DNA of 64,000 nt from Eledone cirrhosa (GCA_964016885.1 OZ024759.1:26164001-26228000); one strand, 5' to 3'. Counted from the first letter of the stretch, positions 19,140 through 34,097 are shown. The notes: a model not told the origin generated them from the sequence alone. Numbers and translations: made by a program.

Positions 19140-19870
19140 CTCACCCTTCTCGGCTAAGCTGTTCTGTTAGGTGGCGGATATCGATACAGCCACCAGATAT
19201 GATGGCTAGTTGCGATATAAGCGGGCAACTGTCGGACGAATAAGCATGCCCGGACCAACAGCGGTAAGCTACTCGGGGAGATGTAACAATAGGTGACATT
19301 CTTGGTAGTGATGTTCTGCTAGAGAACATGTCGCATGTGGCAGATAGGGATACTGTCACCATATATGATGACTAGTTGCGATATAAGCGGGCAACTGTCG
19401 GACGAATAAGCAACCGCGAGCCAACAGCGGTAAACTACTAGGGGAGATGGAGCAATGGGTGACACCTGTAGCTGCCAAGAAAACTCTCACAACCCAGTGA
19501 TGTAGCTACGACGAGGCGAATAAAGCGCCTCTGAAAATGCCTAGTCTTTGCGGGTTTGACAAAGTGCCAGATTGATTACTGGCGCAAATAAGACCATTGA
19601 AACTGAAACATAATGAGGGAAACAAAAAAGAACCATACCACATCGTCCTTTGCTGGTTTTACAAGGGACGCGTTCAGGCCTTAGGTAGAGGGGCCTATTG
19701 GATAAGTATATTGTAGTCTCCATTTCATGATGCAAAAACTGGCAATGGCCCTTCGACCTCTCCTGGGAGGCGTGGGATGGACGCACAAAGATTGTGTGTG
19801 CCGAGACTCACTCCAAGCAAGACAATAAAGCCTCTAAAATACAAGGGGTTACTGAGAAGGGAAACGATCG
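19140..19870 (+). mobile_element. CpG-rich island with a 166-bp-offset internal duplication, possibly a solo LTR
   Basis: 19183-19298 is repeated at 19349-19464 with a 41-nt identical core. There is a TATAAG in each copy, and AATAAAG..CCTCT.AAA occurs at 19519 and 19824. Confidence 0.35.
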
Positions 19871-20134
19871 AGACAGAGGGTACATAATTCAAAGAGAGAG
19901 AACATTACGATTCATATTGCTTTCGAATTTTTGCTAACTTTAGTCAGGAAATTAAGAAACCAGAAGAGAATTTCATAGGGAAGACGTGCAAAGGGAGACA
20001 TTATCAGAATATAATTTTCTATTTAAAACTAGAAGTTAAAATAGCAGAAAGCTTAACGAATGTATATGAACATACAATACTGTGATTGTGTTGGTAGTTT
20101 GGTTAACCATTGTCAACTGACTTGAAGACTCAAA

Positions 20135-20228
20135 GTTTAGCTGTTAGGATGTTAGACTAGCGATTATAAAGTTGTAGGTTCGATTTACGACCCGGTCAGG
20201 TGTTGTACCTTTGAGCAAGGCACTGCAT
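20135..20228 (+). mobile_element. tRNA-derived SINE head (family B), degenerate
   Basis: GTTAGGATGTT...GGTTCGATT B box followed by GTACCTTTGAGCAAGGCAC. Similar to 44652-44757. Confidence 0.55.
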
Positions 20229-21279
20229 GTCTGTGTGTGTAAATGTGAGTCTGTGACTAAAATCCTACAAACACACACATGGAACACATACACCACACAC
20301 ACGCTCACACATATGTATAGTTAGTTAAATAGATGGAATTCGTTCACGCACTGAGTATCACACAAACGTACACATAATTACTCCCACATATCCTCATACA
20401 CAGACAAAAAATGCAAATAAGTACACATACACATACATATACTCATACCCGGATAGTAATACACATACATATATACATAAACACACACATAAACTCATAC
20501 ATATACAGTAATGCACACATTCAAATACATATACGCACATAGATATAAATTCACACACATACATAAACATACACAGATACACATACACAAACAGTAAGTA
20601 ATAATCACACTCAAACACTTATACTCATATATAGGCATAAGCACACATACAAACAACCATACATATAGTCATACACTAAGGGTAATGTATACATTCAAAT
20701 ACCCATACTCACATATAAGGATAAACATACAGACACACGTATACACACACACACACGTATAAACACACAGAAACACGTACACACACACACGTACACACCC
20801 AAATACACAGATACACCCAAATACACGTATATATACACACGTACACACAGACACATGTGCAGACAAACAGACACAGACACACGTATACACACACACACAC
20901 ACACACACAGTCACACACATGTACACACATACACTCGTACACACACACACACACATGCACACACATATACAAACACGCGCAGGCAGTGTATGTAATTTGG
21001 AAGGCAGGAACGTTCATACATAACGTTCTAATGTAACATTAATTAAGTGTGACTTGTACATTATCTATCCCTGATCAATGAGTAAAGAGTTTAAAGTAAT
21101 TAAATGCCATCTTAATTAGCTGCTTGATTAAGATCATGGCTGCTAACGGAAGCTCAGCTTGGCTGTCATTTTACCCATCATTAAAGATGACGAACGCTGC
21201 TCGAGAATCAACAATATCAGCCGACCAATGAAAAGTCATAAACAGAAATATGTATAATGGCCAAGTTATTATGTATTTA

Positions 21280-21560
21280 TGGTTGGTGATGGCGGCGGCG
21301 GCGGTGACTGTAGAGGTGATGGTAGAGATGGTGGTGGGGATGTTTATGTTTGTTGTGGAATGGTTGGTGATGGAGGCGGCAGGGGCAGTGATGGTGGTGG
21401 CCTTTGTATTTGTTGTGGAATGGTTGGTGATGGCGGCGGCGGCAGTGACTATAGAGGTGACGGTAGAGATGGTTGTGGAGTTGGCAGTGGTAGTGGTGGT
21501 AGTGGTAGTGGTGGGGTGGTGTTTGAAATTGTTGTGGAATGGTTGGTGATGGAGGCGACA
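21280..21560. repeat. Degenerate 60-bp-based minisatellite
   Basis: TTGTTGTGGAATGGTTGGTGATGG(A/C)GGCG recurs at about 21350, 21410 and 21528. Confidence 0.8.
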
Positions 21561-22215
21561 GCGGTGGTGATGGTGGTGGTGGTGGTGGTGGTAGTGATGG
21601 GGTGGTGTTTTTATTTGTTGCGGAATGGTGTGTTGTATGGTGTGGTGTGTGGTTGTTGTGTGGTGTATGGTATAGTTAGGATGGTGTCGCTGGTGTTTGT
21701 AGATGTGGTATGGCATGGTTGTGGTTGTTGTGAGGTGTATGATATTGTTGTTGTTGTGTGATGTGTTGTGTGGTGTATGGTCTGGTTATGTCAGTTGTGT
21801 AGTTGTGTGAGGTGGCTGTGGCTGCCATTTACTCTATGGTTTTGGTTACGATGGTGATGGTGTGGTGTGGTTGAAGCTGTTGTGCGGTGTATGTTCTGGT
21901 TGTTTTTTGTTGTGAAGTGTATTATGTGGTTGTGTCTGTTGTGTAGTTTATGGTGTGATTACGGTGGTATTGGTATTTGTTGTTCGGGAATGGTGTGGAG
22001 GTGAGATATATTGTGTGGTGTATGGTGTAGCTATCTATTTATGATTGGTGATGGTGGCGATGGTGTTTTTAGCTGTTGTAAAGTGTGGTGATGGTGTTGT
22101 GAGACTGTTGTTTTGTGGTGTATATTGCGGTTGTTGGTGGTGAAGCTTGAAATTCAATATTTCTCAGTGGTTTTAATACCACACTTTGATCATGGATAAA
22201 ACTACCGACAAGCGA

Positions 22216-22277
<62 letters not shown>

Positions 22278-22455
22278 AATAATAATGTGTGTGTGTGTAT
22301 CTATCTATCTATCTCTATATATATATATACGTATATGTATATGTATATGTATTGTGTGTGTGTATCTATCTATATATATATGTAATGTGTATGTGTCTGT
22401 GTGTATCTATATATACCTCATTCTTAACTGACATATGGAAGTGACTCCTCAACGA

Positions 22456-22507
<52 letters not shown>

Positions 22508-22511
<4 letters not shown>

Positions 22512-22699
22512 GCTTTCCGAGTTGTGTCTGCGGGTAACCACAGTTAAAAAGAGTACTCAATACATTGGTAAAGAATATATATTTTTATTTTTATTTAATA
22601 TAGATATGACTCCTACAGAACTAGAACTGTTTCGTCGTATGAAACCATGAAGACATTCCTGATGAAACAGTTCTACTTCTGTAGAAATCATTTCTATAT
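22508..22699 (-). mobile_element. Fold-back element family P1 (Penelope-like pseudo-LTR remnant)
   Basis: 39-nt arms at 22598-22636 and 22661-22699 with 5 mismatches. The extension to the (TA)n run at 22508 is homologous to 30440-30525. Confidence 0.6.
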
Positions 22700-22720
22700 A
22701 AATCAATCCAGATATCATAT

Positions 22721-22848
22721 AATTATTTTTACTTTTGGCACAAGGCCAGCAATTATCTCAGTGTATTACTGGTACTTTATTTTATCGACCTCGTAAGGAT
22801 GAAAGGCAAAGTTAACCCCGGCGAGATTTGAACTCAGACTGCCAATCC
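22721..22848 (-). mobile_element. SINE family A with an internal deletion in the head
   Basis: Tail, core and GATTTGAACTCAGA are joined directly to CTGCCAATCC. A further degenerate copy follows at about 22860-22940. Confidence 0.85.
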
Positions 22849-23125
22849 AGATTCCAGATACTTACTTTGCTATTATCTACCTCGAATATGTGGGAGACAA
22901 AGTGAATAATGTCTAGGATATGAACTCAGAAAGTAAAAGTCCCCAACTGCATACTACATGAAATTTTATGGCCATGCTACAGTTTCTATAAATTCCCTTC
23001 ACAAAAGAATAAAACAATGAGGGACCTGTGCCCCCATTAGATTATATTTATATCAAAGGCTCATTAATAACAGATCTATCGATATCGTTTCCTACAGTTA
23101 CGGATGGATAGAACGATTGAAAAAA

Positions 23126-23181
<56 letters not shown>

Positions 23182-23222
23182 GATCTATCTATCATCTATC
23201 TATGTGTTGGTCTCTCTCATCG

Positions 23223-23289
<67 letters not shown>

Positions 23290-23677
23290 TATTTGTGTAT
23301 ATATGTATATATATATGTGTGTGTATATATATATATGATATATATATTTATTGTGTGTATATATGTATATATATATATGTGTATGTGTGTATATATATAT
23401 ATAATATATATATTTATTATGTGTATATATGTATATATATATGTGTATATATATATATGTATGTATGTATTATGTGTATGTATGTATGCAACACTACACA
23501 CAGACCCTATCCAATTGATTATTTCCCCGCTTCCAACGATGTAAATTTGATTTTGTCTTCCTTTACACACGCGATGTATATATGTCCGTATATAACACAT
23601 ATACATACAGGCAGCTGCTGATATAAACTCATATAGATACACACACACACATAAATACATGTATATATATATATATA

Positions 23678-23769
<92 letters not shown>

Positions 23770-24053
23770 AAAACTCATACACATACAGACACACAACACA
23801 CAGACATATATACAAACCCATGAACATATATCTATATCAATGTAAACATGTTTAATTAACCCAAGCATTAGTGCGATTAATGGAGTCAATTGGTTGACAT
23901 GTTGTAATTACAGGCCTTCATCAAATGTTGGCCCAGTTCTATTGACATGACAACATAGAACATTTTCTTTCAATGTTCTCGGCTTTGTACCAGCCAAATT
24001 CTAGGCCTACAGCATTAATATTAGAGAAGTATAGTTTATACAAATCAATGTAA

Positions 24054-24362
24054 GATATTTAGTAAATGGCTAAGTTTCAGAAAGCTGGTACAATGCTGTA
24101 GAAATATATAAGGGACAAAGTTTGACAAATACAGAAAAAAAAAAAAAAATAATAATAATAATTATAATAATTGTTTCTACTTTTGGCACAAGGCCAGCAA
24201 TTAATCCAGTGTATTACTGGTACTTTATTTTATCGACCCTGTAAGGATGAAAGGCAAAGTTAACCTCGGCGGGATTTGAACTCAGATCATAAACGGAGGT
24301 AACTTTATGCTTCTGATAAGCATGGCGTCTGACCCTCTACCGATACTGCCAATCCACCACCC

Positions 24363-24407
<45 letters not shown>

Positions 24408-24912
24408 CAACAAAGGGAGCGGGGTTTGAAATTTGTAAATATTGGGTCGTCAAGTATGAAATTTGTAGGAATTTGTTTTGTTTTTTTTCTATAATTTTCT
24501 ACAAATTTCATACTTGACGACCCATTAGAAGCTTTCGTGCCGTACTTTGACTAAATAAAGTTAGCGTGATAGTGGTGTTTAAAACCCTTTAAATGGAAAG
24601 TGATGAGTATTGACTAATACTCATCCTTTTAAATACCACTATCAGGCTTACTTTATTTAGTTAAAATACAGCGAAAACTTCTATTTACTAATTTCAAAAG
24701 AGATAATGTTTTACCCAGTATATTTCAATATAATATTGATCGTTGTCGTTTTGAAGCGTTTTCATTTTACATTTAAAAAGATGATGGTCGCCCCATCAAA
24801 TATTAAGTTGAAATATACTGATTAAAATCGTCAATTTACTTTGTTTTATTTAGATATTCCTACCGCATTGTACCGGCCTTTTGAAACTTAGCAGTTATTG
24901 CATTACTGATAT
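24054..24912. mobile_element. Fold-back or MITE-like element with outer inverted repeats and three internal hairpins, interrupted by a SINE
   Basis: GCTAAGTTTCAGAAAGCTGGTACAATGCTGTAGAAATAT (24069-24107) is the near reverse complement of 24854-24892. Internal inverted repeats lie at 24443-24524, 24527-24682 and 24716-24820. Confidence 0.7.
24168..24362 (-). mobile_element. SINE family A, full length (short subfamily), within (AAT)n
   Basis: Complete reverse complement from AATTGTTTCTACTTTTGGCACAAGG to CCGATACTGCCAATCCACCACC. Confidence 0.92.
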
Positions 24913-25148
24913 TATTTTCGCACAGGTCTGGGACGTCTTGCAGGTTTTTTTTACCCAGCCACGTGCAATTTAATCTTTGCCAGTACCTTTACAAGAAAAA
25001 AAAAGAAAGAAAAAAAGAATGAAACATGCGTTTCCACTTGACCACACTCTCATCGGTCAGATGAATTATACATAACTGAATGGTCAAGAAATTCGCTTCG
25101 AAATTTCGCAATCACAAGGTTCTGGGTTTGATACCAATCCAATCTAAG

Positions 25149-25460
25149 GCCTTCTCACTTCTTACTTGGTTTTGGTCATGTCAGGGGTGAAGCCATACTC
25201 ACAGTTGGGGTGGATGGCTGTTGACTTAGAGGAATTTATCCACCTTTTAACAGCTTTTGTTTTTGTTTTTGTTTATGCTGCTGGCGTTCCCCTCTTTCTC
25301 GTCAACGAAGGAGGGTTTGGCGGAGGAGCGGGTTTAATCGCCGATCTCTCGACCATGAAGCAGGTTGTACTGGGTTACGGGGTGGCAGTAGCAGACACAA
25401 GCCTGACCTGGGCTGGAGACAAGCGCCTTGTTTCTTGTAAACCGTGGCACTGGTAGTGGA
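25149..25460 (-). mobile_element. Diverged second copy of the RTE-like 5' region
   Basis: Shares GACCATGA..CAGGTTGTACTGGG.TAC...CAGTAGCA...TGACCTG and TGGATGGC..TTGACT with 7440-7680. Confidence 0.6.
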
Positions 25461-25969
25461 TTTTGGGAGACGCAACCTGTGCGAAAGACCGTCGAGGTGA
25501 TTGTATATTTGCTTCCAACAAATCAACTGCTTTTGTGCAATTTGTATTAATGAACATCTCCATGTTCTTCCAAGAATTATCTGGCAAACCTGAACGTATG
25601 AAATATTCATGTAGTTACACGTATATATACATTATGTATATGCATTAAATATACATACATTATATACACAAACATTACAGATATATATGCTGTAAATATA
25701 TAGACATTAAATATATAAGTATTACATGGATATATGCGTTAAATATACATATTATATATCTATATATGCGTTAAACACACACACACACACACACACATGC
25801 GTTAAATATAAACACGTTCCATATACAATTATTGTTTAACTTTTCTTACTTTAACACAATCCAACAAGCAGACGAGTGAAAATTTCAAGAACAATACCTT
25901 ATTTGAATTCCACCAATACCAGAGCGACGTTCATGAAAGTCTCAGTGTGTGTGTATGTACATACATCTT

Positions 25970-26004
<35 letters not shown>

Positions 26005-26960
26005 AAGAGAGATATGTGTGTGTTTGTACATATATGGATACCTGTGACATCAATTATTACATCACGAATGACCAAGGCGCATGACTTGTAGATTCTTACA
26101 AACTGACGTATGACAATTGGCTATTTACCATATATTTGGCACCGTTTACTCATCCCCCCCTACACACACATTAACTCACACACACACTAATACACACACA
26201 CTAAAACATACATGAAAATATATACAATATGACAAATAAACCGTAAAGAAATTCGTCCACAATGCTCACACACAAGCACACACCTACAAATGCACATACA
26301 CATACACATATTTTCCTAAGCTATACATAAACATTTTGAAGCGACACAATCCGAAATAATACCATTTGTGTGATATTCACCATCCTTACAGACTTACTGG
26401 AGTATCAAAATCATAGATTTTTACATTCTACTGGAATGGTAAAATAAAAAACACAAAAAATAAACGAACAAACAAAGAATATAAATTTATGGTGAAAATT
26501 CCCCCAAAAATGAAACAAACAAAATGTCTTAACTCCGTCAAATTATTCCTATTATATTCTCCAAGAACTTCAACATGATTGTAACCATTGTGTAGAAAAT
26601 CGGATTCGTGAAAAACCCTTAAACGTCTTTTAGATTGCTCAAAATGGAGCAATTTACAGGGTTAGGTTCCAGAAATAATTTAGATTCTGAAACAAAAACA
26701 ATAAAAAAACGTAGTAGTAGTAGTAGTAGTAGTAGTAGTAATAATAGAATGCAGGACAGTGCCCAGTAATGCAGTGGCGACTGTGATAGCGATAATGTTG
26801 GTGAATATTCTTTCGAATTTTGGCACGAAACTACATTTGATGTATGTATGTGTGTAGGTATACATGCAACTGTGCAAGTTGGGTTGCATACATAGATGTC
26901 GTCAGTATGAAAATACATCTAAAAAGATAAAGAACACACGAAATATATATATGTAATTCA

Positions 26961-27012
<52 letters not shown>

Positions 27013-27418
27013 TATGCATGTGCATATGTATATATAATGTATGTGCATAAGTATATATATATGCATAAGTATGCTTATATATATATGCATTAGTATATAT
27101 ATATATATATATATGTGCATAAAGTATATATATATGTATGTAGATAAGTATGTATATATATACATGCGTTGTCTCAATTAGGTATGTCTATTGTATATAC
27201 AAACAGTCGTGGTTGCCAATATGTATATATATTCACACCTTTATTCATTTACAAGTCATATTGAATGATCTAGGGGGTCATACATAAAACATTAGGGAGA
27301 ATGGTGTCAACGTTCATTGTGAGTCTTACAAATATTCCCAATGTGAAATAACACAACCAGGTTTCATATACAAATACATCCATGCCTACATATACACCCT
27401 CACCCAATCCCCCCCCCC

Positions 27419-27460
<42 letters not shown>

Positions 27461-27654
27461 GGTGAGTAATATTGTAGAACAATAAAACAATGCATATATC
27501 AGATAAGTACCACTCAACAGTAGGTAGAACTGGAGTATATATAATAAAGAAAAAATTTAAAGATGGTTAAAAGAGTTCCATATATTTTATTATGCGCATT
27601 TCGCATAAAAAATCATCCTAAGACAAAAATTGTGTTCTATCTCTTGAGAACACA

Positions 27655-29722
<2,068 letters not shown>

Positions 29723-29724
29723 AA

Positions 29725-29893
29725 CAGATTCGGGACGGCTGAGCTCCGGTCGTTTCGGCAGGTAGATCCAAGTCTAGCTTTTGAAACGACCGGAACTCAG
29801 CTGTCGTGATCCTGAATCTTTTCATATTACCCATACTATTGCCCCAAGTATCGAGTAGGCTGGTTGGTCCACCTGGTCTTTTACCACACCCTA
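29725..29893 (+). mobile_element. Fold-back element family P2 (Penelope-like pseudo-LTR remnant)
   Basis: 23-nt arms at 29734-29756 and 29783-29805, (TA)n on both sides, homologous in the opposite orientation to 50855-51029. Confidence 0.7.
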
Positions 29894-30009
29894 TCTGATA
29901 TATATATATATATATTTATATAGTTAATACGAAATAATCGAAGGGTATGACATTTCTGTTGCAGAAAGTTAACTCCTTTGTTTTGTCTACGAGTGTTTCA
30001 GCCCATCCA

Positions 30010-30039
30010 CTGAAAAGAGGGTCATAGCCCTGAAATATC
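30010..30039 (+). ncRNA. Degenerate minimal hammerhead-like motif
   Basis: CTGAAAAG-AGGG-TCATAG-CCCT-GAAA-TA-TC. The 4-bp helix II is intact, but the core deviates from CUGANGA. Confidence 0.35.
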
Positions 30040-30144
30040 ATGCCATAATACATTTGGTAACCCATTACTGTACTTTGTTTTGTTTTATTAAAAAGGGTAG
30101 TATAATGTATTGGTAGGATATAGGCATCATTCTTATATATAAAT

Positions 30145-30212
30145 GTATGACTTCTACATGACTAGAACTGTTTCATTCTTTGACAATTTCATATGAACGA
30201 AACAGTTCTAGT
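30145..30212. mobile_element. Fold-back element family P1, partial
   Basis: ACTAGAACTGTTTC ... GAAACAGTTCTAGT inverted repeat with the same arm sequence as 22598 and 30364. Confidence 0.65.
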
Positions 30213-30288
30213 ATTGGGGAAATGTTTCCTATATATATATATATGTTACACACACACACCTATATATATATATTTATATATATACATC

Positions 30289-30363
<75 letters not shown>

Positions 30364-30367
<4 letters not shown>

Positions 30368-30528
30368 TGGCTTCTACGAGACTAGAACTGTTTCATTCAA
30401 AAGAATGAAACAGTTCTCGTCCTGTAGAAGCCATTTCTATATTAAAGTTGATGTTTACACTCTTCTAATGTATTGAGTTCCTTAGTAAATGTTCTTACTC
30501 CCGATTCAACCCGAGACTCATTTATTTA
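30364..30528 (+). mobile_element. Fold-back element family P1
   Basis: 35-nt arms at 30364-30398 and 30403-30437 with an AAAA loop. It lies between (TG)n and a TA/TACA run. Confidence 0.7.
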
Positions 30529-30555
30529 TATACATACATACATACATACATACAT

Positions 30556-30611
<56 letters not shown>

Positions 30612-30919
30612 GTATGCGTATGTATATGTATGTGTCTATATATATGCAAAAGTATAAAAACACAATAGTACACATACCATACACTATGTTACACATAGAG
30701 ATTGTAAGCGTACACAGTGGTACACACACAGATATTTAAATATTCTCGCTAAACAAAAGCTAAATTAATGGAGGAAAATAAAACGTGATAAAGGAACTAT
30801 AAAGTGACAGGGATGGACACATGTGAACGATTGGTGGCGGAGAGGTGAAGGGGAGTAGAAAGATGGTTGGTGGGGGGGGGGGGGCATGAAGTGAGAGGTG
30901 GGAGGAGTAAGACAGATAG

Positions 30920-31416
30920 GGTGAAGAATAGGTAATAATGAAGAAGTGGAATGGTAAGTAGAGACATAGAGGGGGAAGATAGTGTGAAAGTGGGAGAGAT
31001 GTAAAATTCGATAGAGTGAATGTAGGTTGGAGAGGGAAAGAAGAGAAGGAAGAGTTGGAGAGGGTGGGGCGTGAGAGAAGGTAATGATGAAGAAGGGGAA
31101 GGGTAGGAGACAGAGAGGGAAAGATAGAGTGAAAGTGTGAGGGATGTAAAGTTAGATATAGTGAATATAGACTGGAGAGGGAAAAATAGAGAAGGAACAT
31201 TTGGAGAGAGAGAGAGAGGGAGTTAGAGAGAGAGGGGGGGGGAGTTAGAGAGAGAGGGGGAGTTTAGAGAGGTGGTGAGAGAAGGTAATAAGGAAGAGAG
31301 GGAAGGGTAGGAGACAGACAGACAGACAGAGAAAGATAGAGTGAAAGTGTGAGGGATGTAAAGTTAGATATAGTGAAAGGAGAAGGCTGGAAAGTGAGAA
31401 ATAGAGACAGAAGGAT

Positions 31417-31420
<4 letters not shown>
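30920..31420. repeat. Three diverged purine-rich tandem units of about 150-200 bp
   Basis: GGTAAT...AAGATAG(T/A)GTGAAAGTG.GAG.GATGTAAA.TT.GATA.AGTGAA occurs three times. Confidence 0.8.
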
Positions 31421-31453
<33 letters not shown>

Positions 31454-32698
31454 TGGGGTGGGGAAAGAAAGAAGGAAGGAAGGATGTAAGGAAGGAAGAT
31501 ATAAAATATGAAGTAAAGTGGAAGATAAAGAGAAATATAATATATATCTCTTTAAAATCTGTCCAGAATCGACCAACGGTGTTTATCGTAAAACTTTCAT
31601 TTTGGTGATGAATTGCACTGATGGTGATGATGCTGGTGATGGTGAGGATGGTGGTGGTGATGCTGGTGGTAGTGATAGTAGTGGTGATGGTGATGGGGCT
31701 AATGATGATGGTGGTGATGATAATGGCGGTAATGGCAATGGTGATGCTTATTGTAGTGGTGGTCATGATGTTCCAGGTGGTGGTGGTGGTGGTGACGATG
31801 TTGCTAATGATGATGATGACGATGGTCATGATATTCTTGGTGGTGGTGGGGATGTTGATGGTACTGTTGGCGGTGATAGTGATGAAGATGATGTTGATGG
31901 CGATCGTGATGGTGATGTTGACGGTGGCGGGGACGTTGTTGATGCTGGTTGTAATGGTGATGTTCATGGTGGTAGTGGTGATAGAGATGATGTGCTGATG
32001 CGATGATCATAATGATGATGATGATGATGATGCCGACAACGTTAATCGTATCATCAATATAACAACAACAACAAACGACAACGACAACAACAAAACTAAA
32101 CTGTGAATACGAATGATAGCATTTTATTTTCAATGAGAGTTTATGTTAAACGAGAATTGAATTTATAACTTGGGAAGTTGGCAATTTATAAAATCGACAA
32201 TAATAATAATAACAGCGACAATGACAACAACAACAAAAATAATAATAATAGCAATAATAGTAACAATAATGATAATAATAGTAATAATGATAAAAATAAC
32301 AAAAATTATAACAATAATAATAATGATGATGATAGTAATGATGATGATGATGATGATGATAATGGAAGATGTTGGAATATGTGAGGGGGGGGGAGGCAAA
32401 TGTGTCTAAATAAATAAATAAATATAAATAAATGAATAAAAAAGCTCATGAATTTCAAATGAAAAGAGAAAACTGAGATGTACTTGAAAAATATAAGATA
32501 AATATATGATAGTAGTGGTAGTAGTGGTTGTGGAGGAGGTGGTAGTGGTTGTGATGATGGTGGTGGTATTGATGGTTTCGAGTTCGATAAAATAGAGTAC
32601 CAGTTAAATACTGGGGTCAATATAATTGTTGTTTTCTCTTCCTCTAAATTGCGATACGCCAGCCAATGTTAGAAAGCATTGTTATTAAAATGTTAAAT

Positions 32699-32793
32699 AA
32701 TTGTTTCTACTTTTGGCATAAGACCAGCAATTAAACCAGTGCATTACTGGTACTTTATTTTATCGACTCCGTAAGGATGAAAGGCAAAGTTAA
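32699..32793 (-). mobile_element. SINE family A 3' half, preceded by a degenerate plus-strand copy at about 32577-32685
   Basis: Tail and core match the family. Confidence 0.85.
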
Positions 32794-32871
32794 CAAAGAG
32801 TAAAGTCATATCCAAATTGGGCATGTTTCGTTTAAAATGCCCTCGGCTTGACATAAAATTTTTCGTGTAAA

Positions 32872-33460
32872 ATGTGTTTGACAAAAATTGTGTGTAAAGT
32901 CATTGGATGGAACTTTCCAGTCTTGGAGGATGTTTTATGGAATTCTCTCTGTTGCAAACATTCTGATCAGTTCCCGTCACCTCATCGATCTGGGGAGCTC
33001 GACAAAAATGTAGTAGAAAAAACCTCTATGTACTCCGAACGTTATGACATATCCTTAGCTGTCTCAGATGCCTTGAATAAATGTAGAGAAATCATGTAAA
33101 CCAATTGTAGAAATAGATTGTATTTGTTAGTGGAAATAAATGTGATACGAGGAAAACATGTAAGATAACCGTAGGGACAGATCCTATATCTGGTGAGATC
33201 CTATATGGGGTTGAGAAAACCTGTCAGCCAGTCGTAGAAACTGATCCAATATGTTAGCAGGTGCCCATGGTAGTATCAGAGCGCCTGAAGAAATTTAATA
33301 GAGAAGACACATCAACCGATCGTAGAGACAGAACGTATATTTGATGAGGTAGTGTCTGAGCAATGTTGGGCTCCTTAAAAAAGAAATGTAGCAAAAACAT
33401 CCTCTCTTTATAAGACAATCGTTGAGAAATATCTAATATTTGGAGGATCCATTTAGCCTT
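32872..33460 (+). pseudogene. Decayed coding segment with about 21-aa repeats
   Basis: Manual translation gives EKSCKPIVEIDCIC* (33086), RKTCKITVGTDPISGEILYGV (33150), EKTCQPVVETDPIC*QVP (33213) and EKTHQPIVETERIFDEV (33301), with frameshifts and stops between them. Confidence 0.5.
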
Positions 33461-33734
33461 AACTACTTCGTTATGGCATTAGGCTAGATTTCCCATTGTA
33501 GGATATCTTCTTCCACCACTTCGTCCATATAACTCGGGTGTTTTAAAGAAGTGAGGTAGAGGGAAATTCTATATACTCCAATCATAAAGATCCTCCAGGC
33601 GATTAATTAACTTGGAAGACCCTATAGGGGGAAATAGTGCTGACAATTCGTCATCAAACTGAGACGAAATTAAACAAATTATAAAGATATGTTAAAACAA
33701 TAGATATTACGTTAAAACATTACGCCTATCTATA

Positions 33735-34097
33735 GTCTGAATTCTGATCCCTTCAAGTTTAGTATCGCCTTTCATCTATCTAAAGTTGTTTGTCTGAGTA
33801 CCAGTTATATACTGAGGTGAATTTAATCGTAAATGACAATATTAAATAACATATATCCTCCTTATTGTCCTCATTATAATTATCTCCATCAAAGTCGGCA
33901 GAGGCGCACAGTTGTTAGAGCACGAGACTAATACTTGGTGGTGTGTGTTACGTTCTGATCCCTCAGAGGTGAACTTTGCCTTTCACCCTTGCCAGGTCGA
34001 TAAAATAAAATACTAGTTTAGTACTGGGGTGATTCATATAACCGACATTAGTTATTCCTAATATTGTTGTGGTCTTGTGCTAAATAAGAAGTCATTA
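33735..34097 (+). mobile_element. Two old diverged SINE family A-related copies
   Basis: GCCTTTCA core, GTACCAGT/TACTAGT and CTGGGGT segments, and a TGGTCTTGTGCTAAA tail. Confidence 0.65.

Noticed and set aside
26428-26670. 74-aa ORF or DNA transposon end
   Set aside because: No recognisable domain and no partner inverted repeat found.
31245-32133. Gly/Asp-rich and Val/Met-rich ORFs
   Set aside because: Degenerate (GGT/GAT)n sequence open in several frames. The same applies to 493-903, 2339-3042, 37888-38883, 39208-40374, 40973-41545 and 54066-54821.
32820-33130. Penelope RT-like peptides on the minus strand (HDFSTF, KFYV)
   Set aside because: The matches are too short and need frameshifts. 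The plus-strand repeat reading explains the region better.
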